Assembly: GCF_006345805.1 (NCBI RefSeq)
Contig: NC_043013.1
Location: 11,284,001 to 11,348,000, forward strand
DNA from: Octopus sinensis
Lineage: Eukaryota
Direction: 5' to 3'
Length of the DNA: 64,000 bases
In this document: in pieces, positions 54,737 through 64,000 of the stretch
How positions within the stretch are numbered: the first letter of the stretch is position 1
Layout: every line of letters begins with the position of its first letter
Translations under genes and position numbers: made by a program
The notes under the pieces: model-generated
Databases searched by the model: none
What the model saw: the letters and a program-made list of their open reading frames with translations, nothing else
Told to the model about the DNA's origin: nothing

Positions 54737-55307
54737 ATGCACACATTTTTATACATGTAACGATCTCCATATACACAGATAAATGTCCCACAAACGAAGT
54801 AATGTTGTGATATACATAGATACATACACATTCACATACACATTCATGCACTCTCTCACACACACAAAGACATTTCTTCCCCACCCCAACCACCCCGCAA
54901 TATTCATTCCAAAATGTTAGGAAAAAAGACATAAAAGGACGAAAACATGAAAAAAAAGAGAAAAAAAGCAAAGAATCAAACGATTAATAGTATTTAAATT
55001 GTATATTAATTACAAAAAGTAAAACAAAAAAATCAAAATCAAAATTTTTTAAATGACGAAAACAAAGCGCTTTTTTTTTCTTTCAGAAAGTTTAAATGAT
55101 AATTAAATCAACTTAAGTACGAAACAATCACCACCGCCAATTCTTCAACCTACGGTACCGCCGCCACACTAAACGTCTCTACTTTGGTAAAACAATTAAT
55201 ACGAACCGGTGATGGAATGCCTGTGATTCACTTAGAGCCCCACACTTAACAATGGCCTTTGCATCCTAAACACGATCACTGCGATAAAAATTATCCCTGG
55301 ATGTCGC

Positions 55308-55520
55308 AAGGAGCTGGTAGAATTCATACGGTGTCGGAAGACTTGTTTACCGGCTTTTTTTCGGTTTTTACGTCATGAGCTCAAATCTTGCCGAGGTAAA
55401 TTTTACACTTCATCCTTTCGATGTCGATAAAATAAAGAACATTCAAGTACACAGATCGATGCAATCAATTTGCACCTTGCCGGCAAAGCTGCTGGCCTTC
55501 TGCCAAAACTTGAAACTAAT
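55308..55520 (+). mobile_element. SINE family B, diverged
   Basis: aggagctggtagaa...gagctcaaatcttgccgaggtaaattt...catcctttcgatgtcgataaaataa. Confidence 0.75.
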
Positions 55521-55529
55521 ATTTTCTCT

Positions 55530-56190
55530 GGATTCTAGTCTATCTCTAGGTTGTCTTAGGTATTGAGCTTCCCCAAGTTAGCCTGGGACATCAAATCAGG
55601 TCATACAGAACTAGTCTCAAAGACATTTCATTCATGGCCACCGAATCGATTTAGAGGATTCTATAACGACTATATTATTCGAAGTCTAATGCTTTTTCTG
55701 TGAGGTCGAACAGATGAAGGGTTAAACAGAGGTCTGAAACCGCGGATGGTACCACTTCTATTATTGAGGTGGGTAGGGTTTCCTAAAGTTAGAGTATTAG
55801 TATCTAGTGCGATAGAGTGGATAATTCGTAAGGTTGTTAAGTTTACGCCTATTGGAAGAGGTAGTTATAGACCCCAAGTTTGGCGTTGTAGAGTACGATG
55901 TTCTGATCGAAGATTTATTGAAAATTGGATAGTATTTATGGTGCAGTGGAAAATTAGAGCTTATAATTTTGAAAAATAGCTTGGGTAAAGATTTAACCTG
56001 TAAAGAGAAATGGTGGCACCAACCATAAGATGTGCCACTTTCTGCTCATGTAAGGCTAAGAACTCTGCGTAATGATGGCAAGGTTCTATGGTGAGACTTG
56101 AAATTATCCACTCCCCGAGCAACCAGCAGACCGGGCGAGTACTGGCCGTAGAGGAATTCAGTTGCAGAATGACGGGATGTGGATGGGCAG
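55530..56190 (-). mobile_element. Possible APE-endonuclease LINE remnant
   Basis: ILQLN, LLGEW, YNAK and TLGNPTHLNNRSGT..DLCL occur in the order expected for APE motifs (ILQ.N, LQE, DFNA, N.G.PT..IDL). Very decayed. Confidence 0.38.
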
Positions 56191-56689
56191 AGGCAGGCCC
56201 GGTCGGCTTGGATTTCGCACTGGGAAAGAGAACCGTGTGCTTTGTTTTTAGTCTAGTATTAGGAATATATGCGATTTTCTTGCGGAAGCAGGTATTCCGG
56301 AGAGCCTGATTATCATGGGGCATCATTATTAAAAATATTCTCATTAGCTGATAGGTTAAAAATCCTGAGTGAAAACCAGTAGTAATGATATTAAGGGCAG
56401 ATATAGAGTGATTAGATTGGACCTCGATTTGGTGTATTTTGGCAGCTGATTCGTTTTATGGTAAGGGTAACATAGGTTTGCAGCTTAGTCAAAAGACATG
56501 TCTAAGTTTTAGCTCCTTAACTGCTATTTTCGAATAAGACAGGAAGATTATAATCCTTAAAGAACTTATGGAAGGCTATCCGGGTACGTTCGCCAGACGA
56601 TCGAGACATACCTGTAGCTGGGGCTGGGGCTATTATATATATATATATGTCTGTGTGTGGGGGGTGTATATATATATGTATGTATTTGT

Positions 56690-56870
56690 GTGTCTGTGTT
56701 TATCCCCCACCATCGATTGACAACTGATGTTGGTGTATTTACTTCCCCGTTACTTAGCAGTTCGGCAAACGACGACTACAGAATAAGTACTAGGCTTACA
56801 GAAAAAAATGTCCATGCTCTAGCATGGGCGCTGTCATTGAGTGGAACAAGTAAAAGAATAAAAGAATATG
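56690..56870 (+). mobile_element. SINE family A, 3' half
   Basis: atcccccaccatcgattgacaactgatgttggtg...gcagttcggcaaac...gaataagtactaggcttaca aligns with 46260-46375. Confidence 0.75.
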
Positions 56871-57350
56871 TATTTCCACATACGTTCACATATGTATGCA
56901 TCGGATAGATCACTTAAGATTTTAGCTATAGTGTCCATTTATAGCAACAAATAATTTGGGTTTACATTATCAATGTGACTATCAATTGTTGTTTAACCAT
57001 AGTATCTTAAACCTCTCGATGTTTTATCTGTATCTAAGCGCTTGCTAACTATTTACGAAGGGACTACTTATAAGCCCATACTTTCTAAAAGATGAATATT
57101 TGTTAGTATACTTGTCATATATAAAGCATACGCAGGTATGCAACATACACACAAATCCAAGAAGACACGCACTTATATTTGTCCATGCATTTGTGTGTGT
57201 GTGTGTCTGTGTGTATGTGCGTGTGTTTATGTATTTATACATGCTAATATGTTTATTCATATATCCGTATAATTCAATCGTTTATGAGATTCATTTTAAA
57301 GAAAGGAAAATAACAGCAATTTCAAGACAACTTAAGAGACATGATGTTCC

Positions 57351-57381
<31 letters not shown>

Positions 57382-57382
57382 A

Positions 57383-57414
<32 letters not shown>

Positions 57415-57707
57415 CATGCATATATACATATACATACATATACATATATACATATATACTTATATACATATACATATACATAACATATACATATATATAT
57501 ATATACGTATATATATACATATATACATATACATATATATACATATATACTTATATACATATACATATATACGTATATATATATGAATACTTATATACAT
57601 ATACATATATGTATACATATATATATACATATATACACATATACATATATACATAATACATATTTACACACACACAGACACGTACACACACACACGCACA
57701 CACACAT

Positions 57708-57744
<37 letters not shown>

Positions 57745-58559
57745 AAACACAAAGATATACAACGTACGCTTCTCTTATTGAGCGAGCACATATATGATAT
57801 ATGCCGTAAAGAAGCATTTAACAATGTCTGCAAATGGCTGTTATTTATTTTCATTTCTATAGAAGTAAATGATGTATATTAAATGCGAGAATTATACACT
57901 CCTCTCTCTGCTTTTCTTCTAAAACAAAAACAGTTGCTGCCCAGATAAAGTTACATGATCATATGACAGCAGTCACAAAAGAACATCCCAACAAATCTAT
58001 ATAACTCTATGTATATTAAGTTATAATATTTATGATGTATCATTTGTAAGTCTCGTTCTGCCATGTAATCAAAATGATATAAGAGAGAACAAAGGCATAT
58101 TTTGTTTTATTTGTATTAGTACTTCCTGTGTGAAGTCATTTTAATGTCCACTAACAACATATTTATTTGAAATGAGTTGCTAGGGTCAAAATATAAAGAT
58201 CTTGCGGGAATATATGGGGACCTCCAACGGTTAGATTTCGTTATGTAATATGTATATATACACACATACATACATCTATCCTTCCGTACATACATAAATA
58301 TGTACATACATCCATGCATCCATCCATCCATCCATCCATCCATCCATCCATCCATATATACATACATACATACATACATGCATACATACATACATACATA
58401 CATACATACATACATACATACATACATACATACATACATACATACATACATACGTATGTGTATGCGTTGACTTCTGCTTCATTCTCGAAATGTTGAACGA
58501 GTTTGTGAATTCATTGTTCATGATAATTACTTATACTGGTTTGAAATTTTGAAAAAAAA

Positions 58560-58712
58560 TATGTCAGCAATTTTAGGGGAGGACTAAGTCGATTAAATCA
58601 ACCATAGTGCTCAACTGGAAATTATTTTATCGACCCCGAGAGGATAAAAGGCAAGATCGACCTCAGGTGCATTTGAACTGAGACTGTAACAGTCAAAATT
58701 CCGCTAGTCAGA
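58560..58712 (-). mobile_element. SINE family B, partial
   Basis: gtgctcaactgg...tttatcgaccccgagaggataaaaggcaagatcgacctc. Confidence 0.75.
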
Positions 58713-58770
58713 AAGACAAACAAAATGCATGATGTACTGACTCCGCGGGGTAAAATCCTTGATGATACCT

Positions 58771-59659
58771 TATCATGGTTGAATTAAAGGTTCCCGGACT
58801 AGTTATGTTTAATAAAAACTAATTCATTTACGTGAGTTTTAACATCATCCCCTTCGATATAGTCGCCTTGTATAGCAATACACTGGTCCTAGTGTTCCTG
58901 CCATCTTTGGAATCTGCTCTGGAAGTAGCTTTCCTTAAGCGAATCGAAGCCGTTCTGCAATTCGCTCTGGATCTCGACAACGATGTTAGAACGGCGACTT
59001 TTGAGCTGCATTTTCATCTTGGTGAAGAAATGGAAGTCCGCAGGTGCTAAAGTTGGAGAATAGGTTGGATTCAGAAGCGATACCATGTTGTTTTGGGTGA
59101 AAAAATAAACGAGTGAGGAGAAGAATCAAATTCTTCGCGCTCCACAGATTTGGTCACTTTCGCTGAATGTTCTCAAACAATTCCAAACGCCGCAACAGAA
59201 CTCTCGATTGACGGTCAGGCCCTGGGGAACAAATTCTGGATCTACAATGCTACATTAGCAGGAGTAACATCGTGGTAGTTCTTGCAGAACGCTCATCTTC
59301 TTCCAGAGACATTCATATCCTTTTGAAGCGTCCGTGGCACACGAAACATTGCGTACAACGCATTGCCTCGGCGCCGTAAACTTTCCGAAGTATGTCCAAT
59401 GTCTCTGTAAGGAAACTTCTCAAGTTTTTACGCGAAATTTCACGCTGGCTCTTTGTTCATGTTCATGACAAAATAGCAGACTATAGCATACATGGGATCA
59501 CAAAAATACGCATTTCCCAACTTGCGTAGCAAACACAGCGATGTCACTCAGCACACTACCTCATGAAGGTACCCGCTAGCTCTCATCACGCACGCAACTG
59601 TGTGCTGCCATCATTTGGCGCGCTTCATAATTAGACCGGGGACGTTTTGATACCACCTA
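58771..59659 (-). mobile_element. Mariner element, internally deleted, both TIRs retained
   Basis: EQRASVKF, ETLDILRKVYG, GRFKR..SLEEDERS, IVDPEFVPQGLTVNREF and YSPTLAPADFHFF motifs. Imperfect TIRs at 58777-58807 and 59626-59657. Confidence 0.9.
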
Positions 59660-59743
59660 ATTTATAATTTTATTAGGCTACTATAACGCTTAGAAAGTGC
59701 TTTCTTGCTTTGGGAGGGTCTGCGGTGCGCACTCACACACAAC

Positions 59744-59804
<61 letters not shown>

Positions 59805-59820
59805 ATAATATATATATATA

Positions 59821-60058
59821 TATGTATATAATTTAGAGAAGAATCACATGTAGCAATTCAACAATGATATACTTAAATCATACCATATAGAAAAAAATTA
59901 AAGATACGATAAAACATTTACCTAGAACTAAATAAAGTACGGAATGATAAATAAGTAGAGGTAAATTTTTTATCGAATCATTAATTTTTTCTATATTCTA
60001 TGAATTAAGTATATCATTTTTGAATTGCTGCATGTTGGTTCTCTAATTTATATACATG
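59821..60058. mobile_element. Fold-back element: ~100-bp inverted arms with a ~35-bp spacer, adjoining (TA)n
   Basis: 59821-59923 aligns along its whole length with the reverse complement of 59959-60058, with scattered mismatches. Confidence 0.85.
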
Positions 60059-60148
60059 TGTTATATATTGTGAAATTTGATTTAGTATTACTAAATTGGA
60101 TTTTTCCCTGTATGTTTGGAATTAGATTCTCTACTACTACTACTACTA

Positions 60149-60179
<31 letters not shown>

Positions 60180-60216
60180 TTATTATTATTATTATTTATT
60201 ATTATTATTATTATTA

Positions 60217-60260
<44 letters not shown>

Positions 60261-60575
60261 TATTATTATTATATTATTATTATTATTATTATATCATCAT
60301 CATCATCATTATTATTATTATATTATTATTATTATATTATTATTATTATTATTATATACACACACACACGTGCACACACACAGACACCCACACACACACA
60401 CACACACATATGTATATATATACATGTTTGTTTTTTGTGCATGGTTGCAGTTTCCGCAGCCTGTCCGCAGTCTAATAACTGAAACAAGTAATGGGTAAAA
60501 GATAAATGTAAAATAGAAAAAAATGGGTCTAAACACACATCAGTATTGTACAGCTGTTGTTCTAAATCTCCTTAC

Positions 60576-60752
60576 CTTGGCATAAGGATAACTTGACCCA
60601 CTGCAATTACTGTGTCGAAAACAATGTACCAGTAAACCAACAGTATTGACTGAGTCCACAAAAAAGCTTCCCCAAAATACCTGCCTCTGTTCTGCTGTCA
60701 GCATTTTATACATCGCTTGAGGGAGGAGGTGATTTGGCAAGATGTACTTCAT
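60576..60752 (-). CDS. Candidate exon (MKYILPNHLL...SGSSYPYAK) ending at a strong donor
   Basis: 59 open codons in unique sequence, then ccaag|gtaagg. The 5' boundary and reading frame are uncertain, because a second frame (…FLWTQSILLVYWYIVFDTVIAVGQVILMP) is also open to the donor. Confidence 0.3.
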
Positions 60753-60904
60753 AGTAATTAGTGATGTCGTTTCTTAGTTCAATATATCCCACTGTGTCTA
60801 CTCTGATGTTCATCGTTTTGCAGGAAAAACTAAATATCTATAAGTAGGGTTTTGGAATGTTTTCAATAAAATATAATGCATAATAAAGCTTACATACATT
60901 TCTG

Positions 60905-60940
<36 letters not shown>

Positions 60941-60943
60941 ATG

Positions 60944-61005
<62 letters not shown>

Positions 61006-61006
<1 letters not shown>

Positions 61007-61500
61007 TTATCATGTACATTGTTTTGTCTTGGTATAAAAGATGGGCTACAGCAAATATTCTGCTCAATACCACAGATTTGCTTGTCAGTTGTTTGACCTT
61101 AACCAGTTGAGCATGTCCCTTAGTGGCTGACGATATGTGCATCTCTGACCACGAGCAGAAGTAGTGGGGGAGCATCATAGCCATGTGGTGAGAGGGATTC
61201 TTTGGGGTTTGAATAGTTCACCTCTGGAAACATGGGTGGTTCTTTCAACATCCTTAAACAACCCTTATTCAGGGACCGTTTGAGCGGGATGGGCTACTCA
61301 ACCTGAAGAAAATTCTAACTGGGCCCCACCTGCAAGGTCATGTGCTGTTTATCTTGATATGAGATCACCATGTCGCGCACCTATGGTTGTGAGGCATGTG
61401 CCTGTTGTATCCTTATCAGACGGGTAGTCATGATGGGTATATTGGGCTTCGTATATTTTACCCCAGTGTCACTTTGATGGCATGAACTGCTCTCTCACTC
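61006..61500 (+). mobile_element. 495-bp non-coding interspersed element inserted in (AAT)n
   Basis: Flanked on both sides by long (AAT)n tracts. Its first ~135 bp recur at 62169-62308. No tRNA-like head or TIR was seen. Confidence 0.7.
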
Positions 61501-61544
<44 letters not shown>

Positions 61545-61577
61545 CGATGATGATGATGATAATAATAATAATAATAA

Positions 61578-61638
<61 letters not shown>

Positions 61639-61655
61639 TAATAATAATAATAAAA

Positions 61656-61711
<56 letters not shown>

Positions 61712-61724
61712 TGATGATTTTAAA

Positions 61725-62112
61725 TTTTTGCAACAAGGGCAGTTTGCGAGAGGGGATTAAGTTGATTACTTTGACACCCGTGTTTCACTAGTTCTTAATT
61801 TATCGACCCCGGAAGGATGAAAAGTAAAGTTGACCTCGGCGGAATTTGAACTCAGAACGTAGTGGCGGGTGAAATACCGCAAAGCATTTCGTCCAGCGTA
61901 CTAACACTCCTGCCAGCTTGCTGCTTTATAATAGTAATAATCCTTTCTACTATAGGCACATAGCTTGAAACATTGGGGGAGGGACTAGTCGATTACATTG
62001 ACCCCAGTGTTTCACTGGTAATTAATTTATCGACTCCGAGAAAATGGAAAGCAAAGTCGACCTCTGTGGAATTTGAACTCAGAAGGTAAAGATGGGCGAA
62101 ATGCCGCTAAGC
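61725..62112 (-). mobile_element. Two tandem SINE family B copies (61725-61925 and 61945-62112)
   Basis: Both contain gacctc.g.ggaatttgaactcagaa. Confidence 0.82.
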
Positions 62113-62312
62113 TCTAATATAGTAACAAACAGTGGCTCTCATGGCTTCGGATCTCAACTGATTAGAAGTGTTATAATGTACATGATTTGTCTTAGTGTAA
62201 AAGATGGGTTACAGCAAATATTCAAATATTCTGCTGAATATCATAGATTTGCTTGTCAGTTGCTTGCCCTTAATTAGCTGAGCATGTCACTTAGTGGCTG
62301 ATGATATGATGA

Positions 62313-62859
62313 TATGTCTTACCAGAAGAACAAAAAGAGTGCCGGAGAGGGATGTATGGCTGTAAGGAGCAACTTCTGGTAAACCGAGCAATTATAGAGG
62401 ACTTTAAGAGGAGAAAGACAAACCTGAACATGACTTGGATTGATTACCAGAAAGCATTCGACAATGTTCCACATTCATGCATATTGGAATCTCTCCGGAC
62501 AAATAAGGCAGCCCCACCACTAAAAAAAATATTAAACATTCAGTGGCTAACTGGAAAACCAGCATAACATTAATTAATGACTCACAGGCTATCAATGCCT
62601 ATCATATACCAGTAAGAAGTGGGATTTTCCAGGGAGACTCACTGTCACCCCTACTTTTCTGCCTTTCTCTGACACCGCTAAGAAACTTGTTAAACTTAAC
62701 CACCACAGCTTATAGGTGCGACGGACAAAAATTAAACCATCTCCTGTACATGGATGACCTAAAACTTTAAGTTAAAAGCACTATGGAACAAAGAAATCTT
62801 ATCAAAATTGTTCAGAGTTTCAGCAACTACATTGGAATGAGCATGGGGCTGGACAAGTG
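62313..62859 (+). mobile_element. R4/Dong-type LINE RT core fragment (domains 2-6)
   Basis: [59 protein letters not shown] and GLDKC, truncated by (TA)n. Confidence 0.92.
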
Positions 62860-63004
62860 TATATATATATATATATTATATATATATATATAATATATAT
62901 ATATATATATAATATATATATATATATTAATAAATAATATAAAACATATGCATATATATAAACATATATGTACGTACCTACCTCTACATGTACATATACA
63001 CGCA

Positions 63005-63630
63005 TATATGAGTACAGGACACCAAAAGGACGTCGAACACAAAGAGAAACGAAAACATAGACACAAATCAAAGGAACTGGACATTTATTTACAAACAGCA
63101 AAAAAATAGAGTACAGGACAATTAACACAAAGAAAAAACCCCTTCTTCAGTCGCTAAAGTTTTCATCTACTCTACTTTTCGAAGGATAAAAGCGAGACGT
63201 ATCTTCGACAAGAAAACTTTCCTTCCTGCGAAAAGCAAATCAATTAAAATTCTGAGATCTTTTCGCAGAGGGGTAAAAAATGGTAAAAACAGGACAGTGA
63301 TGACAGTACAAATTGTAAACAGTAAAGGACAGGACAAGGAAAAACAAGATAAGAAGGGCTGTTGACGCCGAACGAAAAAAAGTATTGCAAACGCAGAATT
63401 TTTTATGGACGACGAGCGGAGTAAGAAGAAATGACGTCCATTACCTTGAGAGAGCCAGGCGAGAGAGACAGCAGCGGAAGTGGCGTCGCGGGTGAACGAC
63501 GGGAAGGCGGAAGTCACGTCGCGGGTGGAACGACGGGAAGGGGGGAGGAGGAGCAAGAGAAAGGGAGAGAAGAAGGGGAATGGCTGCTAGGAAACCATGA
63601 AGAGTGGAGAGGGGGAGAGAGAGAGTGAAG
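63005..63630. mobile_element. Unclassified TA-flanked interspersed element with a CpG-rich internal 33-34-bp direct repeat
   Basis: Bounded by (TA)-rich tracts. gcggaagtggcgtcgcgggtgaacgacgggaag is followed by gcggaagtcacgtcgcgggtggaacgacgggaag (63475-63540). Confidence 0.5.
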
Positions 63631-63631
63631 A

Positions 63632-63663
<32 letters not shown>

Positions 63664-63700
63664 GTATATATATATATGTATGTATGTATGTATGCATGTA

Positions 63701-63759
<59 letters not shown>

Positions 63760-64000
63760 ATGTATGATTGTATGTATGTATGCATGTATATATATATTCC
63801 TAAATAAGCATCTGATACCTTGAACAAGATCATTTTTAAGTTCAGACACCCACTTGGGCTAAACAAGAAGTAATAAGGATTTTGCCCTCTTCCCGTTCTA
63901 TCTAAATCTAACGATACCTAAAGCAATGAAGAAGATATCATATATCTATAACAATGGTAAATTTGAAGAAGAGATGTCCTTGGCATTTATTTATTTCGTT

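Noticed and set aside
63130-63200. Permuted hammerhead (minus strand ccttcGAAA...CTGAAGAagggg)
   Set aside because: Stem II only pairs by consuming core bases, and no stems I/III or NUH triplet can be built.
513-63866. The many long ORFs of poly-I/L/Y/D/M/H, (YI)n, (HT)n, (CV)n and (LS)n, for example 23618-24076, 38383-38856 and 44151-45083
   Set aside because: They are translations of microsatellites or the CT minisatellite whose repeat units lack stop codons in those frames. There is no domain content or splice context.

Overview
AT-rich, non-prokaryotic sequence saturated with microsatellites and transposon debris. The tRNA-headed SINE families look like those of octopod cephalopods; this is recognition from memory, not a database match. 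One 100-N scaffold gap lies at 37226-37325. No protein-coding gene could be identified with confidence, and almost all ORFs in the supplied track are translations of simple repeats. The recognisable coding remnants are all decayed transposons: seven fragments of R4/Dong-type RLE LINEs, most abutting trinucleotide tracts; two mariner remnants; one CR1-group LINE 3' fragment; and probable Penelope RT and APE-LINE remnants. About 20 SINE copies from at least five families are also present. The most interesting non-obvious signal is a set of hammerhead-ribozyme-like motifs at 16131-16200 (-), 17663-17713 (+) and a head-to-head pair inside a ~360-bp fold-back at 41600-41960. These may belong to Penelope- or retrozyme-like elements. 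Also noted: other fold-back elements in TA tracts, a 1.45-kb tandem duplication, a ~91-bp polypyrimidine minisatellite, higher-order microsatellite structure, and a phase-compatible chain of three candidate minus-strand exons. All alignments, translations and folds were done by eye, and element boundaries are approximate.
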